Shown here: positions 35,756 through 44,067 of the stretch, in pieces
How positions within the stretch are numbered: the first letter of the stretch is position 1
How the letters are laid out: the number at the start of each line of letters is the position of its first letter
DNA from: a virus
DNA length: 64,000 bases
IMG/VR virus record: IMGVR_UViG_3300049571_000380
Span: 64,001 to 128,000 of that record
Direction: 5' to 3' (one strand)
Notes under the pieces: model-generated
Told to the model about the DNA's origin: nothing
The model's input: the letters and a program-made list of their open reading frames with translations, nothing else
Databases searched by the model: none
Made by a program: the position numbers and the translations under genes

Positions 35756-36985
35756 TCAGGCACGGAGGGAGTTGACGATGGATTCCAGGTGGAGGCTCAG
35801 CGGCGCCGAGGCGTCGCCATGGCTCACCACCTCGTCTCCCTTGCCCGCTTCGCGCGCCGCCTCCTGGACGGCGTAGATGCGGGAGATCTTGTCGTCGGTG
35901 GACAGGCTGTCGTCCCCGACAGTGCGCTCGGCCCAGTCGGCGAGCTGCTGCGGCGAGCCCTTCTCGGCCGCCTTGCGGGCGGCGTCGAGCATGGCCTTCT
36001 GCTTCCGGCTGCCGCCCTTGGTGACGTCGATGACCTCACCGTTGATCGGCACGCCCTCCTCGGTCACCTCGGCCCCCAGCTCTTCGGGGGTGTAGGCGGC
36101 GGAGGCCATGGCCAGGTGGTCGTGGTCGTCCTCGGAGAGGGACAGGCCCATCTCGCCGAGGATGTTCTTGACGCCGAGGATCACGTCGATCGCACCGTCT
36201 CGCACCACACCCGACTTGGCCCGGCTCTTCAGCATCTCGGGGCCGTAGTTCTGCCAGGTGCTCTTCGAGTTGAGGCCGATCTGGTTGGCTCGCGCCATCG
36301 ACCACACCGACTCGAACCGGACCAGCTTGGCCAGATCGAAGTTCGTGGTGGCGACGGACTCGCGCAGCTCGTCGAAGTTGTACTGCCCGTGCAGAGCGGC
36401 GAGCTGCTTGCGCAGGGCCGCGATCTCCTCGGGAGACGCCTTCTCGTCGAACTCGGCAAGGGCTCGGAGGTCTTCGATCCTCTCCAGGATCTGCCCGCGC
36501 TGCATCTTGTACAGGCGGTCCATGTCTTCCAGCCGGGCCAGCTTCTGGCGCCGCTCCTCCTCGCGCATCTTCTGGAAGCGCTGGAGGTCTTCGTCGGACG
36601 TCTTGCGCACCAGCACGGCGGTCGCCTTCACGGCGTTGCCCTCGATGTGCACGGTGTGCCCGGCGGCGACGGCGAGCGCCTGCATCAGGTGGGCGCTCAT
36701 GCCCGCCTTCAGGCGGCCCTTGCCGTCGGGGAAGACGAAGATGTGCTGGAAGGAGGACATCGGGTCGATGCCCAGGGCGGCACCGAAGCGCATCATGTAC
36801 TCGGCGGAGGCTGCATCACCTGCGATGTGCTCCGGCATCAGCTTCGACTTCGACAGCCGCGCTGCTTCGGCGGGATCCACCTCGCCGGTCGTACGACGGA
36901 CAAGCTCAGTCATGCGTGCCTCGTTTTCAGTGCTTGTTCTTGTGTCGTTTTTGGTTCGCGTGGCGTCGTGTTCTTGTGTCTCCAC
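35756..36985 (-). CDS. RecT/Redbeta-like single-strand annealing protein with a coiled-coil insertion
   Basis: GAALGIDPMSSFQHI...AHLMQAL...GH; WSMARANQIGL...WQNYGPEMLKSRA...YTPEELG. Confidence 0.8.
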   Translation of the reverse strand: METQEHDATRTKNDTRTSTENEARMTELVRRTTGEVDPAEAARLSKSKLMPEHIAGDAASAEYMMRFGAALGIDPMSSFQHIFVFPDGKGRLKAGMSAHLMQALAVAAGHTVHIEGNAVKATAVLVRKTSDEDLQRFQKMREEERRQKLARLEDMDRLYKMQRGQILERIEDLRALAEFDEKASPEEIAALRKQLAALHGQYNFDELRESVATTNFDLAKLVRFESVWSMARANQIGLNSKSTWQNYGPEMLKSRAKSGVVRDGAIDVILGVKNILGEMGLSLSEDDHDHLAMASAAYTPEELGAEVTEEGVPINGEVIDVTKGGSRKQKAMLDAARKAAEKGSPQQLADWAERTVGDDSLSTDDKISRIYAVQEAAREAGKGDEVVSHGDASAPLSLHLESIVNSLRA

Positions 36986-36996
36986 TCTACCACTAT

Positions 36997-38832
36997 TTAG
37001 CCGCGCAGCCTAGGCCGAATCGAGCAGGGGAAGCACTCGGGGTGCGGAGCCAGCTCGTTGATCTTGCCCGTGCGCACGAGAGATGCCAGGTGAGCGGCCC
37101 GATTGATGACGCCCTGGGCCACGTCGGGCCGGTAGGCGCACGAGGCCACCCAGATGTCACTCACGTTGTTCGAGTCCCGGGGGATGAACGCGAGGACAGC
37201 GTAGTCCGCTTCCCGCCCCATCGCCCGCAGTCCGTACAGGTACAGCATCGTCTGGCCCATGTACTCCGACGGCACGCCGCCCGAGTGTTCCTCGGACCGG
37301 GACATCAGCATGACCATGCGACCCAGGTCCGCCTCAGTGAGCAGGCCACCCCGGTCCATCGCCTTGAGCTTGGTCAGCTCCTCGCGTTCCGGGGCGGTGA
37401 GCCCGTGGACGTAGGCACCGGGACCGGCCTGCGTCTGGTACTTCTTCAGCTTCTTCAGGTCGGTCGTGTTGTGCGTGACGACCATCCCCTTCGTGCACAG
37501 GTACGTACTGTCGGGGGAATCTACCTTTATGCACTGCGTCGGAACGGTCTCGATGGGTTCCACCGACTGAATCAGTCGCTGGCCGCCCCGAACTTCCGAG
37601 GTCACGTTCACGCGGTCCGCTTTCACGGAGGACAGGAATGGATTGAGCCCCCCCACAGGGGTGAAGGAAACCATGTAGGCGGTCACCTCCCTTCCGAATC
37701 CCCTACGCCGTACGACGTTGAACGCGGCCCGCTGCCCCAGGCCGACCAGCAGTTCGTACACCGACTCGGCCAAGGCCCGATCGGTGACTTCGAAAACGGC
37801 CTTGCGGCGCGTCTTGTTCCAGGTTCCATCGGTGTCCATGAGACCTCGCAGCAGGTCGAGACGCTGCTGTCGCGAGGCGCGAAGGTAGGCGGCTGGAACG
37901 AACTTCCGGTCGGCCACACCACACTCCTTGAGGAGTCCGATCAGGCCGCGCACGGTGCGTGTTGGTGAACCCTTTTCGGCCGTACCGGCATCGGCCGGTC
38001 CGACGTCGAATCCACGCTCCTGGATGTGCTGGAACATCTCGTCGTCAGGCTTGCTGATGCGGCCCGTGCCCACCGACCCGTCACCGAGCCAGCAGCCGAG
38101 GACGTACGGGTCGACCGGGAGCTGTACGTTGGTCAGTTCCAGTGGCTGGGCGTTGACGATCCGGTATCGGCTCTGGCCGTTGCCGAGCTTGAGGGTGTTT
38201 CTGATCTCTTCGGTGCTGAGCACCTTAGAGACCGCACGGTTTCCGCTACCGGAAACGACAGCCCACAGATGCTCGTTGTCGGCTACCACCGTCTGACCGT
38301 CGTCGAAGGTGATGAGATAGCAGGGACGGTGGTGGATTTCCGACTTGCCGAGCACCTTGCACGGCTTGCCGTCAGACCCGATGAGCAGGTCACCCGTCTG
38401 CACGTCACCCATGGTCGTCCATCCGGTCGGCGTCGGGAGGGGAGTGTCCAGCGCTAGCCCCTTCCAGTCGACCAGGGTCTTCTTGCGCGGCAGGAAGACG
38501 TCCACGTGACCGCGCACCAGGCCGATGCCCGGAATCTGGGCCACGTCCACGGTGATCTCCTGCTCGGCGTGGGCGTACACGGCGGGCAGATCGCGCTCCA
38601 GCTTCTCGTGCACCGCAGTGCCGAGCCACGCCTTCAGGCTGAACCCCCGTTCGGTGTGGGAGCCCATGCCCAGCGAGGCGGCGATCTTCCGCGCCACGCA
38701 GAGGTCGCACTTGTCGGCGAGGTCGCTCGGCCCGGGGGCCCGTTGCTTGTCGCGCGCCGAGGGTCGGGTGATGGTGGCCACCGCGATTCCCTCGACGAAA
38801 GTGCGAATATTTTCCTGGTCTTCTGCTGTCAT
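36997..38832 (-). CDS. Cas4/RecB-like PD-(D/E)XK exonuclease, intein-containing
   Basis: PSDLADKCDLC, GTAVH, E...GHVD...VDWK|TT, QTMLY, C-terminal CFPC. Confidence 0.85.
   Translation of the reverse strand: MTAEDQENIRTFVEGIAVATITRPSARDKQRAPGPSDLADKCDLCVARKIAASLGMGSHTERGFSLKAWLGTAVHEKLERDLPAVYAHAEQEITVDVAQIPGIGLVRGHVDVFLPRKKTLVDWKGLALDTPLPTPTGWTTMGDVQTGDLLIGSDGKPCKVLGKSEIHHRPCYLITFDDGQTVVADNEHLWAVVSGSGNRAVSKVLSTEEIRNTLKLGNGQSRYRIVNAQPLELTNVQLPVDPYVLGCWLGDGSVGTGRISKPDDEMFQHIQERGFDVGPADAGTAEKGSPTRTVRGLIGLLKECGVADRKFVPAAYLRASRQQRLDLLRGLMDTDGTWNKTRRKAVFEVTDRALAESVYELLVGLGQRAAFNVVRRRGFGREVTAYMVSFTPVGGLNPFLSSVKADRVNVTSEVRGGQRLIQSVEPIETVPTQCIKVDSPDSTYLCTKGMVVTHNTTDLKKLKKYQTQAGPGAYVHGLTAPEREELTKLKAMDRGGLLTEADLGRMVMLMSRSEEHSGGVPSEYMGQTMLYLYGLRAMGREADYAVLAFIPRDSNNVSDIWVASCAYRPDVAQGVINRAAHLASLVRTGKINELAPHPECFPCSIRPRLRG
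37468..38460 (-). mobile_element. Class 3 intein (331 aa) with LAGLIDADG homing endonuclease
   Basis: Starts GLALDTPLPTPTGW, block B ADNEHLW, block C LGCWLGDGS, block E LRGLMDTDG, block F VPTQCIKV, ends VTHN followed by Thr. Confidence 0.92.
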
Positions 38833-38838
38833 GTCGCA

Positions 38839-38861
38839 ACCCTACACTGGGGCACTGACAC
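38839..38861 (-). promoter_or_regulatory. recA-type DNA-damage promoter (RecA-NDp/PafBC motif), leaderless
   Basis: Minus strand GTGTCAGTG-CCCCAGTG-TAGGGT, then 6 nt, then the ATG at 38832. Confidence 0.7.
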
Positions 38862-39549
38862 TGGCGGCCAGCTCTCGGCCGGGTGTCATCAGCTCGTCCC
38901 ACCGGCCGTCGGCCCGCGCCTCCTTGTAGAGCTTCAGCCTGGCCAGCGATTCGGCCGACCCTGCGTACCGGGTGATGCGCACCGGCTTCTCGTGCCAGAG
39001 GTGGTAGAGCGGCGCCCGGCCGCGCCAAGGGGGACCGTAGATGCCGTTCAGGCCCAGCGCCCACGCCTCGTCCTCCTGCCCCCACCCGACGAAGCCGGGG
39101 TCCAGCGGGCAGTTCAGGTAGACCTCCCGCCGCAGCACTGTGACGCCGCCGCCCTCGAAGCCCTTGTAGGGCCGCTGATCGAGCCAGCGGAGCTGCCCAG
39201 TGAAGGAGCCGGGGTTCGCCCCTTCGAAGATGTGGTTGGTGGCCACCTGGCCCATCCGGTACACCTTCAGGTGCGGGACCGCCCAGGCGGCCCCCTGTCG
39301 TACGGCGCGAACCGCCTGCTTCAGACCCGGAGTGATCGAGTCGGCATCCGCCACGATCACGATCGGTTCGGTGCAGGAAGCCAGGGCGGTGGCCACGGCC
39401 TTCGCCTTGCACCACGGCTGCTCGCTGAACCCGACCTGGATCCTGGGACTTTCCAGCTCGCTGGCGTACCAGGACTTCACGTGCTCCAGCGCCTGCTTGC
39501 GCCACGGCGTTTCGTTCCCGTAAGGGATCAGGACGGCGATGTCGTTCAT
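38842..39549 (-). CDS. Glycosyltransferase, GT-A fold with GT7-C-like motif
   Basis: IAVLIPY, WCKAKA, IVADAD (DxD), GFVGWGQEDE, LYHLWH. Confidence 0.85.
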   Translation of the reverse strand: MNDIAVLIPYGNETPWRKQALEHVKSWYASELESPRIQVGFSEQPWCKAKAVATALASCTEPIVIVADADSITPGLKQAVRAVRQGAAWAVPHLKVYRMGQVATNHIFEGANPGSFTGQLRWLDQRPYKGFEGGGVTVLRREVYLNCPLDPGFVGWGQEDEAWALGLNGIYGPPWRGRAPLYHLWHEKPVRITRYAGSAESLARLKLYKEARADGRWDELMTPGRELAASVSAPV

Positions 39550-39567
39550 GGCCGTATCCTGGCACGG

Positions 39568-39604
39568 AAACGGGCCACCGCTCAGGGGACGGCGGGGCCC
39601 GTTT
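39568..39604 (-). terminator. Hairpin
   Basis: AAACGGGCC...GGCCCGTTT inverted repeat. Confidence 0.55.
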
Positions 39605-39619
39605 CCTGCATCCGGAGGA

Positions 39620-40327
39620 TCAGCCCTCGAAGCTGAAGTCCTCGTCGTCGTCGCCGGAGGGACGGGAGGCCAGGTACTTCGCCTTGTCCTCGTCGGTCGC
39701 CCGGCGGACGGTCAGCGTCGGCCCGTTGTCCTTGAGGCACGCGTCCAGCTTGTCGGGCTCGTGCTCGAAGAGCTTGCGCGCCATGGTGGCGTCGGGCTTC
39801 GGCAGGAGGATCCGCTTGTAGTCCTCGGCCGAGAGGTTGCGCTTGGCGGTGGGGGCGTCGAACTTCGTGCCCGAGGTGTAGACCAGGGCCACGCCGTCCT
39901 GGATGTCGATGCCCAGGTTGCCGCCCCGGCGGTACTTCGCGACGGCCTTGGCGCGCTCGACCAGGTCGGCGGCCTCCTTCTTGATGCGCTCCTGCTCCAG
40001 GATGAACACGGCCAGCGCCGCGTCGTCGAGGTTGTCGATGTCGTCGGGGTTCATGCCGCTCCAGTTGTTCTCCGGCGCCTTGACGGCGTGGGGGTGGTCC
40101 TCCGGGAGGGCCGCCAGCGGCACGTAGCCGTTGTCCTGCGGCTGGCCGTCGGAGGCCAGGTACTCCGAGTGGATGAGCGAGGCGCGCACGGTGCGGCGGC
40201 GACCCAGGCTGCCGTCGTTGACCGTGGCGATGTTCGCCTCGCGGCTGTCCTTGTCGAGTACGGCAACGACCTTCTTCGTGCGAACGTTGAAGTAGAGCTG
40301 GTTGTCGACGATGCTGTCCAGGCTCAC
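39620..40327 (-). CDS. Hypothetical protein
   Basis: GTG after GAAGGGG; high GC3; acidic C-terminus. Confidence 0.65.
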   Translation of the reverse strand: MSLDSIVDNQLYFNVRTKKVVAVLDKDSREANIATVNDGSLGRRRTVRASLIHSEYLASDGQPQDNGYVPLAALPEDHPHAVKAPENNWSGMNPDDIDNLDDAALAVFILEQERIKKEAADLVERAKAVAKYRRGGNLGIDIQDGVALVYTSGTKFDAPTAKRNLSAEDYKRILLPKPDATMARKLFEHEPDKLDACLKDNGPTLTVRRATDEDKAKYLASRPSGDDDEDFSFEG

Positions 40328-40372
40328 GTTTTTCCCCTTCCGAAGCCCCGCGTTCCGGGGCTTGTGAGTACT

Positions 40373-40404
40373 ACTCTACCAGAGATCTGCGAGATTTTCG
40401 CAAG
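40373..40404 (-). promoter_or_regulatory. Candidate promoter with internal palindrome
   Basis: Minus strand TTGCGA-N19-TAGAGT; TGCGA-N5-TCGCA inverted repeat overlapping the -35 box; spacer is long. Confidence 0.35.
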
Positions 40405-40426
40405 TCTCCGTTTCCAGAATCGAGGA

Positions 40427-40924
40427 TCAGGAGCTTTCCTCGCTTTCGGGCACCTCGATGCTGAAGGAAACCCTCCACCCCAGAATCCGCAGCGCCGCCT
40501 GGATCGTCGAGATCGGGTGATCCGCGATGTGCCGGGCGAGACTGTCGGCCGAGGGGTTGTCGGGCTCCTCCGTGTTCAGTTCGAACGTACGCCACGCCTC
40601 TGACATCGCCCGCTGGGCACCGTGCTGCTCGGACTCCTCCAGGGCGTCGGCGTAGTGCAGGTACGAGGCGTTCAGGGCGGCCGTCAGGCGCCGCTTGGCC
40701 TCGCCCTCGGTCATGTTCCCGGGCAGCCCGGGGAAGGCCGCGTCATAGGCGGCTTCGAGTGCGCTCGGGACCGCCACGGCTCGCATGCCGACCGGGACGA
40801 CTGCGGCCAGCGGGCGGCCACCATCCGTCAGGTAGAAGATCTCGCCCTTCTCGTGTGCCCGCCTGGCCAGCTCCTCGGTACGGTCGCAGCATCCGCGCAC
40901 CGGTACGTCCTGTTCCTGCTTCAT
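40427..40924 (-). CDS. Protein with N-terminal Phd/YefM antitoxin-like domain
   Basis: EELARRAHEKGEIFYLTDGGRPLAAVVPV. Confidence 0.55.
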   Translation of the reverse strand: MKQEQDVPVRGCCDRTEELARRAHEKGEIFYLTDGGRPLAAVVPVGMRAVAVPSALEAAYDAAFPGLPGNMTEGEAKRRLTAALNASYLHYADALEESEQHGAQRAMSEAWRTFELNTEEPDNPSADSLARHIADHPISTIQAALRILGWRVSFSIEVPESEESS

Positions 40925-40938
40925 GGTCTTCCCCTCTC

Positions 40939-41484
40939 CTACAGCCCGGCGGCCCACGCCGCGAGCGCCTTGAAATCCCCGTCGAGCAGCCCGGTCCTCG
41001 GGCTGACGTAGTGCAGCAGGGCGGAGCCCTGGTGGTTGACGGCGACGTGCTCGCGGTCGCCGTCGTGGATCTCGTCGTCGATCCAGGCGAAGGGCCGCCC
41101 GTCGGTCCACGCGACGATGTACGGCGTCTTCCAGAAGACGCCGTCGGTGCGGCCGGACTTCTCCGGGTGCGAATCGTTGGCCCAGAAGTCCACATACTCC
41201 AGCTCGGGGAGCCCGATCAGCGGGCCGATCCACTCGTTGGCCTCGGGACCCCACATGCTGGCCCACACCAGCTCGAAGTGCTCGGTCAGCTTCAGCAGTT
41301 CGACGCCGTGCGACTCGTTGAGCCAGACCCGCAACGGCTTGCCGTAGACGGCAGTCCAGTGCTCACCGTCCTGGGCCGTCGGGTTCAGACGGTGCGTGCT
41401 GTACCCCTCGGGGCGGCGGTGCGGCTTTGCGGCGTGCGGATTCAGCGGCCCGTCCACGTCGATCAGCAGCAGCGGCTTGGTCAT
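40939..41484 (-). CDS. HAD phosphatase (HAD_SAK-like)
   Basis: LLLIDVDGPL (DxDG), VWASMW, WKTP, FAWIDDE. Confidence 0.85.
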   Translation of the reverse strand: MTKPLLLIDVDGPLNPHAAKPHRRPEGYSTHRLNPTAQDGEHWTAVYGKPLRVWLNESHGVELLKLTEHFELVWASMWGPEANEWIGPLIGLPELEYVDFWANDSHPEKSGRTDGVFWKTPYIVAWTDGRPFAWIDDEIHDGDREHVAVNHQGSALLHYVSPRTGLLDGDFKALAAWAAGL

Positions 41485-41600
41485 CTCTTCTCCAGTCCGG
41501 GCGGACGGGCCCCGCCTCAGCGGGGCCCGGGAACGCCACCTTCTTGTATGACGCGCCAGCGGCGCGAATCTCACTGCGGCGGCTGGATACCCAGCCGCTC

Positions 41601-42227
41601 TCAGTCCTCCAGGCGCTCGACGCCAGAGGCCACCCGTACGGCCCTGGAATGGGTCAGCAGGAAGTCGTGGACCTCCTTGTCCCAGCGGGCGTCGTAGAGG
41701 GCGTGGTGTGCCCTCTCGGCGTACTTCTCGGGCAGCCGCAGGCCGTTGGGGAGGTGGTCGTCCTGGACGCCCGCCAGCATTTCCAGGGAGGCCAGGTCGA
41801 GGAACGGGTGCTTCGGCACCGAGGGCGGCATCACGCCGAACCAGTCGTTGTCGAAGAGGTTGTGGATCCGCTGCATGTCCTGGGTGCAGTGATCCGCGAC
41901 GAAGCCGATCCGGTACTTGTACTTCTGCTTGTCGGTGAGGCCGTCGAAGTAGGAGCCGACCGCCGACTGGATGGCCGTGTAGGGCACCACGTACGGGCTG
42001 CTGCGGTCGAGCGAGCCGTCGGCCCGCAGCGGCAGCTTGGACCAGATGTGGTCGCGCCGGAACGGGTCGGAGCAGAAGTCCTCGCGGTCCGCGTCGGCGT
42101 TTACCAGGTACAGCCAGTCGTGGTCGGCCTGGAGGGCGGTGGAGACGAGTCCGCCGGGCGTGTGGTTGTCGGGGGTGAACTCGGAGTCGCCATAGACGAA
42201 CTCGAAGCCGGGATAGGTGGCCTTCAT
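41601..42227 (-). CDS. DEDDh 3'-5' exo(ribo)nuclease (Rv2179c/RNase T-like)
   Basis: YGDSEF, LVSTAL...LYLVNAD, HHALYDARW. Confidence 0.75.
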   Translation of the reverse strand: MKATYPGFEFVYGDSEFTPDNHTPGGLVSTALQADHDWLYLVNADADREDFCSDPFRRDHIWSKLPLRADGSLDRSSPYVVPYTAIQSAVGSYFDGLTDKQKYKYRIGFVADHCTQDMQRIHNLFDNDWFGVMPPSVPKHPFLDLASLEMLAGVQDDHLPNGLRLPEKYAERAHHALYDARWDKEVHDFLLTHSRAVRVASGVERLED

Positions 42228-42241
42228 CTTCTCGCTTTCCG

Positions 42242-42523
42242 CTATCGGTTGATCTTGCCGCCGCAGAACATGCAGCTCGGGTCGGTGTTGTCGATCGTGA
42301 TCTCGAAGACGCAGCGCTCGATCGGGGACTCCGGGCAGATGTGGTGGGAGTCCAGGAGGGTCGCTTCGGGACATCCGAGAAGGACTGCCAGCTCGTCGAG
42401 GAAGTCGCGTTCGATCTGGCCGCGCTGCCGGGAGAGAGCGAAGATCTGCTCGTTGATCCGGCCGATCTCCGCTCTCTTGCCCAGCAGTGACACCAGGGAC
42501 TTGCCTTGCCACTCGGATCTCAC
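42242..42523 (-). CDS. Small Cys-containing hypothetical protein
   Basis: GTGA coupling; HICPESP...RC...CMFC. Confidence 0.55.
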   Translation of the reverse strand: MRSEWQGKSLVSLLGKRAEIGRINEQIFALSRQRGQIERDFLDELAVLLGCPEATLLDSHHICPESPIERCVFEITIDNTDPSCMFCGGKINR

Positions 42524-42888
42524 GTGGCGCTCGGGTCCTGCACGTAGGAACGGGCCGCCGCGAGGACGTCCCTGCCGTATCCCAGGCCGATTTCCGTGGT
42601 GGGGCACCCGTCCGGGTAGTCGCCCCCGTCGTGGTTCTCCAGGTGCGGGTTCATGCCGATCATCCACGCGCGGGCGATGTCGACCCCCTCCGCCTTGCGC
42701 AGGATCTGGAACACCTCATACCCGGTGCGCAGCTTGGCCTCGTCCTCGACGTTCGGGGGCGCAACCAGCCAGCGCTTCAGCGGCGCCGCACCCGGCATGC
42801 CGCACATCTCACCGAGCAGGGACGGCCCCAGCCAGTCGGTCAGGGACCGGATCACCTCGTGGATCTCCGGGACATTCTCCTGCGTCAT
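42520..42888 (-). CDS. Xre/MbcA/ParS-like antitoxin-domain protein
   Basis: ARAWMIGMNPHLE...P...G...VLAAARSY. Confidence 0.55.
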   Translation of the reverse strand: MTQENVPEIHEVIRSLTDWLGPSLLGEMCGMPGAAPLKRWLVAPPNVEDEAKLRTGYEVFQILRKAEGVDIARAWMIGMNPHLENHDGGDYPDGCPTTEIGLGYGRDVLAAARSYVQDPSAT

Positions 42889-42896
42889 CTCTCTCC

Positions 42897-43109
42897 TCAT
42901 GGAACGACGTTCTGCTGGTTCTCCTCCAGCCAGGCCGCCATGACGGCGGCCCGACGGTGCGCCCGGCTGGGCTTCGGGCTCACCCAGGGCATCCCGGGCC
43001 GGTTGCGCCCGGGACAGTGCACGGTCTGGTCGCCGCGCCGGTAGGCGTGGCCGACGTGGTTGAACGGCTGCCACAGGTGACAGGCGATGCGCGGTGTCGG
43101 CTGGCCCAT
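42897..43109 (-). CDS. Small hypothetical protein
   Basis: ATG after GAGGAGGAG, TGATG coupling. Confidence 0.5.
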   Translation of the reverse strand: MGQPTPRIACHLWQPFNHVGHAYRRGDQTVHCPGRNRPGMPWVSPKPSRAHRRAAVMAAWLEENQQNVVP

Positions 43110-43528
43110 CACTCCTCCTCGTCGCGCTCGACGACGATGTGCCGCCGGATGGTGCCGGTAGTGCGCACCATCGTGTGGTTGTCGCTGACGACCTTCCAGC
43201 CGAAGCTCACGCCCTGGCCGTGGCTCTTGCCGAGGCATGAGCAGGTGCACTCCCGGCTCCGGGCGTTCCGGCACCGGGTGTCGCACCGCTCGGTCTGGCG
43301 GAAGTCCATGTAGACGTCGACCTTGCCGTACCGCTGGGCGAGCGCCTGGACGAGCGGACCGAAGTGATCGCGTGCGATCTCCCAGCGCTTCGTCTCGCCG
43401 TTCCAGTCAGGCCGGATCCGGCTGCCGAGCACGCTCTTGAACCAGGCCCGGTTCGTCTTGGCGAAGGGCATCTTGATGACCAGGCGCCCCTCGACGGGAC
43501 GCCACAGGGCCGGGGTTTCGTGCTTCAC
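43109..43528 (-). CDS. Hypothetical protein with C-x3-C-x7-CxCxC-x3-HG metal motif
   Basis: RCDTRCRNARSRECTCSCLGKSHG; GTGA coupling. Confidence 0.6.
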   Translation of the reverse strand: MKHETPALWRPVEGRLVIKMPFAKTNRAWFKSVLGSRIRPDWNGETKRWEIARDHFGPLVQALAQRYGKVDVYMDFRQTERCDTRCRNARSRECTCSCLGKSHGQGVSFGWKVVSDNHTMVRTTGTIRRHIVVERDEEE

Positions 43529-44067
43529 GAGTTCCACCCTTCGGCCAGCACCACGTAGGCGCCGGGGATCGGCTCGCCGAGCGTGCCGCGCTTCTTGCTG
43601 GAGAGGTGCACGGCCCGCGCATTCCAGTCGCACCGGTAGGCCCGTTGGAGACCGTCGCTGCCAGCTTCCTGGGCCACCCGCCGGGCGAACGCCTCGCCCC
43701 GCAGAACCGACCGGTGCCGCTTCTTGTCGCACGGGCAGTACGTGGGACGGGTGAAGTGGGACCCCTTGTCGAGCCCCATCTCGCCCTCGGCAAGGAAGCC
43801 GAGGAATGCCGCCTCGTCGCACTCGATCCACTCGGTGATCCCCCGAGGAAGCGCGTACCTCTTCAGCTCCAGCCGCCCGTCGTCCGTGAAACGGGCGGTG
43901 ACCAGAGACTCGTCCATCCCGAAGGGGTTCCGGTGCCGCCCGTGGGCGAACTCCTGGAAGGTCTTCTTCAGGTAGCCGGTCTCGACGTTCCAGCCGAACT
44001 GGCGGAATCCTTCGAGGGACTCCGCCAGTTCGGCCTTCAGCCAGTCGCGGTCACTTCCCGAGGGCAT
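43525..44067 (-). CDS. Hypothetical protein with C-terminal zinc motif
   Basis: CPCDKKRH...RAYRC...VHLSS. Confidence 0.6.
   Translation of the reverse strand: MPSGSDRDWLKAELAESLEGFRQFGWNVETGYLKKTFQEFAHGRHRNPFGMDESLVTARFTDDGRLELKRYALPRGITEWIECDEAAFLGFLAEGEMGLDKGSHFTRPTYCPCDKKRHRSVLRGEAFARRVAQEAGSDGLQRAYRCDWNARAVHLSSKKRGTLGEPIPGAYVVLAEGWNS

Noticed and set aside
36997-38832. Cas4-like nuclease as evidence of CRISPR-Cas
   Set aside because: Stand-alone phage exonuclease paired with RecT; no repeat-spacer array or other cas genes seen
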